A stretch of DNA of 63,264 nt, counting the filler, from Sluysia triapertura (taxonomy: Eukaryota): NCBI GenBank assembly GCA_046118255.1. It is 5 parts of 5 records of this genome, joined end to end, with 100 filler letters (N's around TTAATTAATTAA, not from the genome) between each part and the next. Parts side by side here need not be neighbours in the genome. Positions count along the whole stretch, not along the records: positions 23,693 to 34,909 come from JBJNIA010187235.1; positions 35,010 to 49,777 come from JBJNIA010249312.1; 3 more parts are not named here. One strand, written 5' to 3'. How positions within the stretch are numbered: the stretch's first letter is position 1; each line of letters starts with the position of its first letter. Positions 26,360-39,107 of the stretch are shown one piece after another. Position numbers and translations under genes: made by a program. The notes below the pieces were generated by a model, which had not been told where the DNA came from, did no database searches, and saw only the letters and a list, made by a program, of their open reading frames with translations.

Positions 26360-29300
26360 TTATTTATTAACTAATGATTGAACTGAAAGCGGCTTATCAC
26401 GATCCTTCATTTTTTGTTTAAATTTTAATATTGACTTTTTCACAGTTCTATTTCTTAATTTATATTCATTTGGTGCTATCTCACATCTGTTCGCAATCAC
26501 TACAAATGTTTCTGGATCAAATTTGGTAATGTTCTTAACAAATAAGTTAGTGTCGGTAATTTTCATTACTTCATGTGGTCCTTTAAATGGATTGTGTAAT
26601 TTTGATGATTGTCCTGGTTTAGCTAATGTGTGTTCAATGAGCACTTTGTCATCGATCTGAAGATTATGTTCTTTAGCTTTATTATCGTACACATTCTTAT
26701 ACGACTCTTGTGAAAATTTTATTTGTAAACCATCGCGTTTCCAGGCATCTTGTAATCTTTCATGCATTACTGTTGCATATTCCGGCGTGTCTATATATTG
26801 TGACGTTGGTGGTATCCAATCTAAATCTACTGGTATATTTAAATGACGCCCACACATTAAATTAAATGGAGTAAAATTTGTAGCTGGATATACCGAGCTT
26901 CTTTATGCGAATAAACATGGCACAATATATAAGTTCCAATCGGACTGTCGATCATTTACTTATGATTGAAGCATATTTATTAGTGTTCGGTTAAATCGTT
27001 CGCGGATGGTATTGTGGTGCGTAAATCTAAATATGTTAAATATTTTCGCCACTCATTTCATTACGTCACTGATGAAGTTTGTACCATATCTATAAATTAT
27101 TTTTTTCAAGTATTTGTGCAACTGTTTTCGACTTTAGATTTGGCATTGGGTAAGCTTCAGACCATTTTGTTAGATAATCAGCTAATACAATAATATACTT
27201 ATTTCCGTTAATCGTTTCTGGTAATGGTCCCATGGCCGTAAACTCCATAAATGACAATGGTACAGGTATAGGTTTTAATGACACTCTTGTCTTAATTCCT
27301 GTGTTCTTTCGCCTACAGTATATAGAATAATCATTATATCATTTTTTAATATCTTTCATATCTTCCCAATAATATTTGTCATTTATGCGCGATAATGTTT
27401 TCTCATGGATAGGTGTCCACCTAACTGACACCAATTGTATTAAGATTGGTATTACTAATGATTTAGGAATCATTGTTTTCCATTCATCTTTTGAATTTTT
27501 AAATCTGAGAATTCTATTTTTTCCTTGATTTTCAGTTAATGTCCCTTTTGCCAATGAATCTATAATAAAAGCAGTTTTTTATTTTCTCTTTGATGTTTGA
27601 TAATTTCTTTTGTATCTTGTATCTTACCTGATATTTACATGATTTTTAAAAAGTTAATGTTTCCTTTATCATCTACATTTGTTAATCGTGACATACAGTC
27701 AGCGCCTGGCTTATAAATAACTTCTAAATTAAACTCTGACAATTTATTAAACCATCTATTTAGTCTACTAACTTCATCCCTATGATTACACAGATAAGTT
27801 AACGGTTTTTGTCCTAATAGGTAATGTCTAAATAATTTACATGCATATACTAAAGTTAAACATTCATTTCGGCTTTATTTAATCGTCGGCTGGCATATCC
27901 AATAACCGCCTCTAAATTATTCTTATCTTTTGGCCAAAAATTTCCCCGATAGCATAATTATTAGCATCTGTAGTGAGTATAAATGGCTTATTGACATCTT
28001 GAAAGATTAATATCGGTGCGTAGTTAATCGTTCAACTAAATTCATCTAAATTCAACATCTTTCTTTGTCAATTTTCTAAGCGGTTGCGCTGAACTCGCTG
28101 AAAAATTCGCTTGGAAGTTACATTTAACGAACCATAATCCTAGAATTCAACAACTCGTTACGTCAGTGACAGGAATATCTTTGGACAATACAAATATCAT
28201 AACTTAAAAGTAATCATATATTTTTATTATAATCATGTTGGTACTCTTATAATCTTGTTTTATTATTCCTTAATATTTTTTAGAAACGTGGAGAATTTGG
28301 TGTTGAAAAGTGTCAAGGAAATGATCTGCAAGAAACAAACTTTAAGATTAATCATCAATAAATTTTTAAATTTAAGTATAATAGATGTTAATGGTTTTCT
28401 TCATTTATTTAATGTTAAAGAAAATTGCTAATAATCAAATTTAAAGAAATTTAATTCTAATATAAATATAAAACTAAAAAATGTAAAAATTTATTTCAAT
28501 TCAAAAGTTTTTTTTATCTTAAACAAGTCATAACACAACAATCATAATAATAACAACAATACCTTAATTATCATATACTTTAATACAATGATGTTGATGA
28601 TGTGGTATTATAAGAATTACTATACGAAATTATTATAAAAATTATTATTACAATTAGATTTAAAATACAATAACTGTAACTCGTGATAATTATATACAAT
28701 GGCTATGCTTGTTTTTTGAATGAATCGAGTAGTTTATTTAGTGTTCTGTGTATGTAAGAAATGTTCGTATGTGATGAAGTGTGTTTGTGATTTAGATGTG
28801 ATTTCCCTACAATATCCATTTCCATTATCATTTCTTCGGGACATTTTTTCATAACTCTTAATCTAATCTCTAACTTATTTTGTCCTACTTCACAGATAGC
28901 TTTCATTACACCAGTTATATTAAGTGCATCGCCCGTAAATCCCGATAAATGAGATGTATGATTGACAAGATTTTTTAATTCTTTATTTAAGAAATTTTCA
29001 TTAATCAAAGAAGTTACTGCTCCTGTGTCTATCAATGCTTAGACCATTCTTCCATTTACTCTGAATTTGCCATTGGTCTTTTTGAGCCATTATAATTATT
29101 ATTTGACATGTATATACTACATGTGGTGGTGGTGGTGGTGACGTTGGAGTAATAGGATATATTACCTTTTCTGACTTTTTTTTAGTTGTTTGACTTTCCA
29201 TTATTTTTTGATTTTCTACAAATTTCTTCATTTTCATTGTTCTGTAATGATTTCATTATTATATTTAATTGTTGTCTCCTCTGATCTCTCCTTTCTTAGT

Positions 29301-31000
29301 GCATTTGCATGATGGTGTGTGAGATACTTCACTAGAAACGAAAAACTTCCGATTATTAGTTTCCACGTAATAAATTCCAATTACCGAAAATGCTTGAGAT
29401 ATTATTAGTGCATTTACTTTAATTACTATATAAATTCCTATTAGCCCGGAAAAAGCTTGTCCTAATATTAAAAATCTTCCCCATATGAGTTTTGATTTGT
29501 CTTGCGCGGTTTTTTTAAAATGCTCAGGTTCCAATAGTAATTCAAAATTTATTTGTCCATTCGACGGTTGCCGTATCTACCATTTCTGTTAATATTTTTG
29601 ATCTTTATATTGGGAATATTTCCCGCCAAGCCGCTTGAATATCATCATTTGTATAAATACCAGAATTACGTATATTTTTTGTAGCCAAAATTTTAATTTT
29701 CCTTTTAATCCGGTTAGTCCTATGATTTCTGGAGTTTTTACTTGACTTCTATGTGGCAATGATATCCATAAATTATCGTCTATTCTACATTCCGGTCTCA
29801 TGACATTTGAACAATGCATTAATTTCGGTTTGACTTTATTCGGAGAAATTACTCTAATTATCGGTTCTATTTTGCCATACATTATACACACTTCGTTTGT
29901 TCATTCAGTAGTTGATCTTAATTGCATCTCGACATTTTTACACTTGTACGTATATAATACTTCTATTAATCGACCGAATACTCTCTCTTCTAATGGTAGT
30001 AATGGTGCGACTAAATCAGGGTTTGTAATAGCCACTGTTAATTTTGTCCGTAAAATTTCGTTATTTAGTTGGCAATCACGTGTAACCATAATTTGGTAAA
30101 TCTTTGCTAATGATATTGAAGGTAAATGATAATAAAAATCGATTTTATTATTAAAATAAGTGTATAATTTTACATTTTTCGCATCAACTCCCTTTTTAGA
30201 TTGTTGTATTGTTTTTTCTGACAAATAAATTCCTTGGTAATTTGTTTCACTTATTATTGTTCCTTTTGAGATAAATATCAAACCATCTTATTCTCTGTTT
30301 GCCATTAATATTGTCGGTGTTTTGTACTTGATCAATATTTTTGTTCATTTCCTCTGTTGGGTATTCACCTTTGTTTTGATATATAAATCCGGATACTAAA
30401 TTAAATATTATTTGCTTCAAAAATATTAATGAAATTTATCCAACTCAAATTAACATCGATTCTCCTGTGCCACAACTTTATGATCGTGACAATATTCTGG
30501 TCACTCTTACAACATGATCGTGACATAATTGCACCTTTTCCCATATCAAAACTTTCGTTAAATGATTTTAGACTTAGTACATATGTCTCTTGTGAAATAA
30601 CATTATGGTAAATTTTTCCTTCATATTCTAGTGTTCCTTGTTCACACGTTCCGCCTATTTACGGAGGAGTCTTTCGTAACAGTCATTTTGAATGTTATTT
30701 CAAATTCCCGAGTTATAAAAGTGTTATAATAAATGATTTTACGGAACTACGAAATGATATACTTTGACACTTTATCTTCCGTCGATAATTAATCCGTGAG
30801 AATCTGATTTACATATAACATTATTTGCTGATAAACAATATCAACTATAACATAATTAGAATATTCCAATCGTTCTTGAGGAAACATTAACGATTTCATT
30901 GGGTTAATCCCAACATCGTGACACCATCTAATTTGAATTGTTTTTTCTTAACCTCGTCTAGATTTTCCAATTAAAAAGTATATTCTCGTGTGCGATCTGT
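26360..31000 (-). mobile_element. Decayed Ty3/Gypsy element with order env-like glycoprotein - protease - (RT) - RNase H - integrase
   Basis: Protease ALIDTGAVTSLI (DTG 29021-29029). RT end/RH: QPLRKLTKKDVEF..APILIF..PFILTTDAN..IGYASRRL..FRHYLLG..LSEFNLEVIYKPG..ADCMSRL. Integrase: GHLS..KYYW, MGPLPET..KYIIVLADYLTKWSEAYP, ERFNRTL, TPFNLMCGR, GPY/F-like FKGPHEV. No paired LTRs or gag found. Confidence 0.92.
29265..30930 (-). pseudogene. Chuvirus-like (class III, gB-type) envelope glycoprotein, frameshifted
   Basis: In order: CKSDSHG, GGTCEQG..YHNVISQETYVLSL, VDAKNVKLYTYFNNK..IYQIMVTRDCQLNNEILRTKLTVAITNPD..GRLIEVLYTYKCKNVEMQLR, IEPIIRVI..CSNVMRP..IDDNLW, NSGIYTNDDI, then W..F..LGQAFSGLIGIYIVIK transmembrane segment. 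This parallels remembered chuviral G motifs (YVNSK..LY..RC.LE..L..A..NPD..GEV..VKC.PV..LATSGIYT). Confidence 0.8.
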
Positions 31001-32217
31001 TATTTTCATGTCACTAAGCAATACAAGCTTTCCAAAAATTTTCAAATCTTGAATATCATTTAACAAAAATTGTTTCTGTCCAGTAAGTAATATTGAATAA
31101 TTATCATCAACTATTGATTTGCATTTTCTCGAATCAGTAGCCAGTACCGTTACAATTATTCTATTATTGGGTAATTTCAAAAGAGAAAAAGGAAAATAAA
31201 AATAAAAATTGATTAGCTTTTATAGAAATTCAATTGTTATTGTTATTTTATTGTTATTTATGATTAATTTAAGGATTTTGTTTTTCATCTGTTTGGATAT
31301 TTAAATGTTTATATATTTAGTTTAGTTTTATGTATTGTAAATGTGGCATTTTTGTTGTAGGTGTGATATTTTGTAAGGTAACGACTACAATTAAACAGAC
31401 TACTGTTTGAAAATTCTGATATTAACAGTTTAGTATAGTTGAATGTTCATAGATGAGTACTTTTTTTGTATTTCATGAGTAGAGCATGTTTAACTGAATG
31501 GCTTAGTTCTAGATTAATGCCTTATTATATTACACATACTTTCCACAACTCTTATTAGAATTATCTTATGATGGAAAGTGCTTCATTTTTCTATATCATC
31601 TTTTATTATATGTTTTGTTTAGTATTAACATATTTTTGTATTAAACTTTTTGAACTTTACTATTATTTAATTGATGCAATATTAGCAACATATCTCCGGC
31701 TCAAGTTTATTTCAACATGAATACCGGTTATTTGGTATTTAACTTTATTGAAGCTAACTTTTATTTCGTTTATTATCTTTTGATTAGTCGTTTTTAAATT
31801 GTATTTTATTATGTTTTAGATTGTCTTATTTAAGGTAATATGACATCGGCTTGCATATGTAACACATAAACTTTATAAAAGAAAACTTTACTTTGGTGTT
31901 TAATAATTCCACGACAGTTTTCTAATGCTATTTGTAACAACATTTCGGAAGCACTGCTCATTCTAAATTCGACATCATATTTGATAAACTCTTTAAATTC
32001 CGTCATTCTATTGTTAAAACTTCTTCGATGAGATTTGATGCACTTAATCTCATTTCACTCGTTACGTTCTTTGAAATAACTAACTGTTTTAGAAAGTCAT
32101 CTAATTCGTTATATCGCCATTGTTATCACTATCGAAATTATTCCAACAACCAAGTTGGCATCTTCTATTTGAGAAATTTTAGCCAGATAATACCTTGCTT
32201 TTTCTTTATTTCTCAGA

Positions 32218-32382
32218 TACTATAAGGTCCTCAATCGATCATAGCCTTCTTAACCAGCTCTATCCCAAAATGCTAACTTTATTTGCTTATTTGCTTTGCC
32301 ACATAATTCTTAAATACAATTGGACGCAAACTTCGGGAAATTGATCTTTACTAAACGATTTAATACCAACAATTATTTTCAG
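32218..32382 (-). pseudogene. RhoA-like GTPase N-terminal fragment
   Basis: KIIVG..[37 protein letters not shown] versus RhoA [44 protein letters not shown]. P-loop deleted and two stops. Confidence 0.9.
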
Positions 32383-32770
32383 TCATGGTAATTTGGAACT
32401 TTATTTAAAGGGTCGACAATTAAACGAGATAGAGATATTTACGTTTACAATTCATAATGCACCATTATAAAAAAGTGTATTAAGAATCTATTTTCCTTTT
32501 TAAAACAAAGGTTAAAGGACCATTCCATTGTGCAGTTTACTGCCATTTTACTACTGCCGAATGAGCTTTATTCCTGTGAATCTCCTTTAGTTTTCTTATG
32601 TGCTTTGTGTATTATTTTTCTCATTCTGCATTTAATTGTATCCTAAATGACCCTAGCTCCAGTTTATTGGATTTACTCTATGGAGCTTGAATTCTACCAA
32701 GTTCGTTTTCAGTTAATGCGCTAATTACTTGCAATACTGGGTTTTAATGTTTCTTGGAAAAGTACTTTTA

Positions 32771-32836
<66 letters not shown>

Positions 32837-32991
32837 GCCTTACTTTAACGTTTTATTAATTTTATCATTATCTTAATTTATTTTTTATGTTAAATGATAC
32901 ATTATTTTTATAATAATATTATGAGTAATATTTAAAATAAAATCGAACAAAAATGAAAAAATCAAAATATTTCCTTTTTGATTTCATGCAG

Positions 32992-33237
32992 ACACAATCA
33001 CATCAATATGAAGCAATTTATTCGATGAAATTCAAATGTTCCATGGATAATCAAACAAATATTCCTTTCGTTGGCTGTAATTCTATTAGTTATGGTGTAG
33101 ATCAATCAGTGATTCAACAGTTTCAATTGGTTCCTGTTAATTTCACAGAAGGATGTGTGCATCAAAATATGTCCCCACCGGCTATGCTTGAAATGGTTTT
33201 TAATAGAATTAATACCAACATTTCCATTATAGTACAA
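32992..33237 (+). CDS. Candidate internal exon of unknown gene
   Basis: Stop-free 82 codons bounded by cag and gtaaaa in phase 0, higher GC than the flanks. No family recognised. Confidence 0.35.
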
Positions 33238-34836
33238 GTAAAATTATTGTTATTATTATTATTATTATCATTATTATTATTATTATTACAGTCATATCTC
33301 GATTTAATACAAACTTTTATATATTGCCATTTTTATGTATTGCAAATATAAATACAAATTAACTATGATGATTGCTTTTATTTACAATAATAGTTTTTAA
33401 ATTTAGTAATTTTATAATATTAATATATGAAATTTTGTTTTTTAGTAAAATAACTAAAGTATAGCAGGCCAATATTTAAAGTAATTTATTTTGTTAATTT
33501 TTTTAAAGCTTTATTTATTGCAATTTTTCTTTTAATGCCATAAAATATGAAAAACAAAAGAAGTCAATAAGTCGTCATATGACTTTATTATTATTATTAT
33601 TGTCATTATTATTCAAAAATGAAAAATTCAATATTAAAATCAATTATACGTACACACAAACTTTAGAAAGAATCAAAATGTAATTAAAATGAGTAGTTTA
33701 AGGAACTTTTCTGTGCATCAAGGGACAAATTTCTTTAAAAACTGTTTTATTTGGAAAATAAACATTAATAAATTACAAAATTAAAATAAAATGAAAATAT
33801 AATTTTCAATAAATTTAAAAATATCTCAGTAATCATAAAATAAAAGTAACATTAAGTTAAACTTATTATAAAATGAATTGGTATTTTAAACAATACGATT
33901 TAAACGATTATAAGTTATGCAAAGTGAGTCACCGTATTTTTAAGTGTAAGAGTAAGATACACATGAATGTTCAAACAGAAAATTGTAGCAAATAAGAATT
34001 AATAGTAATAATAATTGAATTTAAATGAAAACTAAATTTTTAAATTTAAATATTTAATGGAATCAAAAGTATGTCAATTATTTAAATTATATTGATTATT
34101 TAAATGAGATTATCCAGCAAATATGGAAATATTAATTTTAAATTGTATGAGACAAAAATTATGATTATCTAGTAAATACGTCAATAGGTTAATTAGAAAA
34201 TATTATTGTATTATGCAGTAAAAATGTGTTATTACAAAAAATATGCATAAATACGACGTTGTTAATAAGGAAACACACAATTAATTAAAAAGTTGTAAAG
34301 TAACAACTACGCATACGAAGAAAGACGCTAGCTATTTATACGTAAAGGACATTCGTTTTCACTTCGATGCTATACAATAAACAAATTGGTGCAACAAATT
34401 ATTATTCATCTTTGGAGAATATTTTTGTCTGTTTCTGTAAGTATATTCTCAAAGTTTAATCTTCTTTAAAAGAAGATATATAATTAATTATATAATTTAA
34501 TTAATTATATTCATTTAAATTATATTCATTTAAATTATATTCATTTTGAATCTAGTTTAAGCTGGATATAAAGTCTGACTAAAATGGAAATAGAAAGTAA
34601 ATGAATATACATATGATAATATGGCCAATTAAATATTATAGCATAAAATTAAATAATATTTAGACGAAATTGGCAATAATATATATAAACATATCTTGGC
34701 GTGATTACATGATTAAATGATTAATATATTATGATTTTCGTTTTATTTTAGTTTATTTAGAACTTGTTTCAATTTTATTCTACATAATAAACACAATGTT
34801 TACTGTTTTACAAATTATCAGAAGATTTTTAATTGC

Positions 34837-34909
<73 letters not shown>

Positions 34910-35179
34910 NNNNNNNNNNNNNNNNNNNNNNNNNNNNNNNNNNNNNNNNNNNNTTAATTAATTAANNNNNNNNNNNNNNNNNNNNNNNNNNNNNNNNNNN
35001 NNNNNNNNNTCGTGTTTAACTCCTTAACGCGAACTTTTTTGAAAATGGTTAAGCTTGATTGAGTGTTCTGTTAGGAAATTTAAAATGAATAGTCTGTGCC
35101 CATAAACGTCACTTAGAACTTTGCATGAAACATTTTGAGAAACCGTATTAAATTTTTGATACTGAGTTTATCTTTACAG

Positions 35180-36576
35180 GTTACAAATAGCTCTAGTGTT
35201 ACTGAAGAAAGTCGTAAGCGTGATAGATTTAACATTCAAAAAGAAATGGAAAAAATTCGCAATAGTTTACAAACGGTAACAAAAAATATTCATCCAATAG
35301 GCAAATTAATCGATTTCTTGCAAGAAGATATTGATACGATGCAAAAAGAAAGCGATAAATGGAAACTTGAAAAATCGGAATTGATGAAAAAATACAATGC
35401 TGAAATCAGGTTAATTAATTTATAACTTCTTAGGACAATTTTAAATTTGTCATATTATTTATTACATGAGCTATTAAAAATTTTCAAAAGGTAGTTTTAA
35501 CAATTTTGTTCTTTATTTACTGAAAACTATTAAAATTAATTGCTCAGTATAATAAAGCTTTATCTAGTGACTCGGTGTTTGTTAGATGAATGTTTATATT
35601 CAAAATGTTTTCTGAAAATGCCTATCAAGTTAAATCATGTTATAAATGTTATAATTTTTGTTACACCTTTGTTACGTTTTTAAGCTAGAAGCCTGGATTT
35701 TATTATTAAGCATAAAGAATTTTTCTTAGAAAATAAAGAATTTACGATAAAATTGGAATTTTGAATAAATAAAATACAATAAAAACTAATTAATGAATTA
35801 TTTAAAATTCCAATTTTATCGTAAAATCTTTATTTCCTAATAAAATGTACTATTTTATAATTTTAGATGCTACTTATTTTTTTAAATTCATTGAATTTGG
35901 TGTAGATTAAGTTACATTATTAAATTCCATTAACAAATAATTAATAATGATTATATACTTGTCGATTACAATGTACTAAGTCCCCAAGGGTGTTAATGAT
36001 CCGTTTGAAGTTTTTTCTACCAACTAAAATTTTTCGTATTAACAAGAATTCTGTACGTTAATGTATCGTTTCTATCATCATGATTTATATTGTATTTATC
36101 ATTATTATCTTATGTTCATATCAAAGCACCATTCTTTGCTGAGATTAAGATGGCTCATTGATTTTTATCTTCATTTTATAACATTTCTACAGTTCATGCC
36201 TCCCTGAATTTTATTCTGGTCAATTTCGTTGCTTTGACATGCTTTTTTAAGCGTTTTTTCCTATTCATTGATTGAGGTAGTCTGTTTTGATTTATTTTCT
36301 GAGTTTGACAAAGTAAGTTACATTTTTTACTTTTTCATTTGGTAATATCATTACTTAATAATTTACTTTATTATTTTAAACTTAGTTTTAATAATTCAAT
36401 TAAAAATAATTTTTAGTGTTACAGACAAACTAATACAACCAATTAAAGACAAAATTGATGAACAAAATAATTTGACAAAAGAATATACAGAAATCATGGC
36501 CAAATTAAAGTCTCAGATTGCAAGCAACTCCAAGAAAATAGATTTGATTCTCATTAATAGTTGCAGTGTAGCGTAA
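35180..36576 (+). CDS. IFT54: Intraflagellar transport protein 54 (TRAF3IP1/MIP-T3), last two exons 35180-35409 and 36417-36576
   Basis: KEMEKIRNSLQTVTKNIHPIGKLIDFLQEDIDTMQKE..W matches the conserved C-terminal coiled coil ([37 protein letters not shown]). A phase-2 GT-AG intron joins it to SVTDKLIQPIK..IASNSKKI..stop. The 5' part is beyond the contig edge. Confidence 0.92.
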
Positions 36577-36807
36577 TAATTTTAATGTACTCTTATGTTA
36601 TTACATTATATACTTGATTTATAAATTATATTGTAAGCATTTAAATTTTAATTAGTTTAATTTTGAACGTGTGCCTTTTAAGGATGGGAGATTCACTTTA
36701 ATAAAAAGTAGTCATTTATACATTTAATATAAAACAAACTTAGTAATTTTTACAAGTTTTATGAGTTTCAAGGTAGTTTAGAAAATTCGATCATTCAAAT
36801 GTATTAA

Positions 36808-36877
36808 CCCTTTCGGTACAATGGGTACACATTTGTACTATCTACGACCATAAGTCACTGAATACGTCCCGAAAGGC
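36808..36877. mobile_element. 70-bp piggyBac-type MITE
   Basis: TTAA-CCCTTTCGGTAC ... GTCCCGAAAGGC-TTAA (TIR with two mismatches, TTAA on both sides). Confidence 0.65.
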
Positions 36878-38918
36878 TTAATAATGATGCTGTTGAGTAT
36901 TTTGAACAACTGTAATTATATCAAATATCTTTTAAATTGAAAGCTCAGAGTCAATGTATGATTTAAATGCAATAATATTACCAGTTTATTGTTAATAATT
37001 AACTTTATAGATCGCTAATCTAAAAATTGCAATCAAATTTCTAATGTTATCCCAAATTAAAATCCATCTAGCTCAGTTTAATCGAAGTAATAATTAACTG
37101 CTGTCCTTTAACAAATCTAATCTAATGCAACTTAGTGTTCAGATTTTATCTATAAACAATTATGAAAAATACGCTAAAACGGGTCCGCCTATAATCTAAG
37201 TTTTATATCTCACGGAAGACTTATAGGATTATATTATGTCAAAAAACTGCGAAAGATTCCTTATTATCTAATAATGGAAGGTCTTTATGTGTAAAACTTT
37301 AATTGCACTTTTAGAGTCAACTTATAAATCAAACTTTAATCAATCCTTTAGCTTTTCACAATTAATCCAAGAATCAAAAACAAAAAAATATAATACTAGA
37401 CGCATTCTATGAATATTTATTTAAATAAACTAGGGTTGTTTTCAATAAATAATTTTACAATCAATTATACACAAAGAAATATTCAATAATATAATAATAA
37501 ATTAATTTAATATTTTCAGGATTGCTCCTAAACAAATTATAATATAATTTTAAAATGATTTTAACCCAGGTGAATACTTGGGTGTGTAAAAATTAATGCG
37601 ATTTTGAGTTGATTTTAATACAGTATATCACTCTATAAAACTTAATATAAATAGCTTACAGTTAATAAATATTTCTGTGAATTCCAATAATCGAAGTTCT
37701 CTCGAGTAACGATTCCAAGCAATGTCAATTTCAACCGACAAATAATTTTTCCTTGAAGGATTATCCAAAGTTTCCAACCAGTAAATATTTATTCTATGAT
37801 TCCGACTTTTCAGTAACGATCCAATTTACAAAGATGTCTTCGAATATTCCAATAATTATGTATACCAAATATTCCACCGAATTATGTATACCAAAGATCA
37901 AAATTTTTTAAATGTCTTTTTTAACTATGTTTTTAAACGAAAACCGTGAGCTATTTATATAGAGTTCCTTACTACGTGTAACACGATAAAAGATAAAATA
38001 AATTAGTTTATTCAGAAAGTAATTTTTCGATTACATATATTATTTGATAAAATTACAAATAGATAATTATTAATTGTTTAAAGGTTATAGTACAGATAAT
38101 AATTACAAATGTTATAAATCAATAGATTATTTTAGCTAAATAAATGTAGATTATTTTTGTACTTTTTAATTAATTAATTCTTTTAAATATTTTTTCTAAA
38201 TTATAAATTTACAAAAATTTGTCTAATTTTTTAATATCTACATTTTGATATTTAATATCTACATATTCGTATTAGTGCTTCTATTAATTAGTATTTAATA
38301 ATACTCCTATTCGTATTCGTATTTTCATTCGTTTGTAATAGATTAAATACACGTAAGCTTTATTTTCTGTGCTTTTCTCATTTTATCATTAATATTGATC
38401 CATTAAAATTTTTTAGCACACTTTACATTTTTCCATAATAATAATTAATATTTTTAATTTAGAAATTAATGAATTATTTGTTTTATTTGTGCTTTTATGA
38501 CTTTACAAGAAATATATTTAAATTACAAAAATGATAATTAGTTTACGAAACTTCTTCATGTATAACTCGTTGCTACATGTAAGTTGTAAAGACTTACTAT
38601 ATTTTCATATAAATTAAAATATTAAATTATTTTTATTATTAATATTAATATTAATATTATTATTAAAAAGTCAAAAAATCTATAATTATTACCAAGACCC
38701 CAAACAAATTTCAAAATTTGAAAATGATTTTATCGATAATTGCTAAGCATTTGGTAATTATTGATGCTCTAAATGATCTACAATTTCTTATTCAAATGGT
38801 TCGCAAAATGCTTCCTATCAAGCAACGTGATGTCGGGATTATTAAAAGATACCGCTAATATGCAAATTCAAATCTACTTCCGATATAATTGATGAGGCGA
38901 TGTAAGAGTAATATAATA

Positions 38919-39107
38919 AACCGATAAATGAATTGAATATTAACCGATAAATGAATTGAATATTAACTGATAAATGAATTGACTATTAACCGATAAATGA
39001 ATTGAATATTAACTGATAAATGAATTGAATATTAACTGATAAATGAATTGAATATTAACTGATAAATGAATTGAATAATAACTGATAAATGAATTGAATA
39101 TTAACTG
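38919..39107. repeat. 23-bp tandem minisatellite, 8 copies
   Basis: Unit aac(c/t)gataaatgaattgaatatt, head to tail with no spacers. Confidence 0.95.

Noticed and set aside
38919-39107. CRISPR-like array
   Set aside because: Units are contiguous with no unique spacers, there are no cas genes, and the context is eukaryotic.
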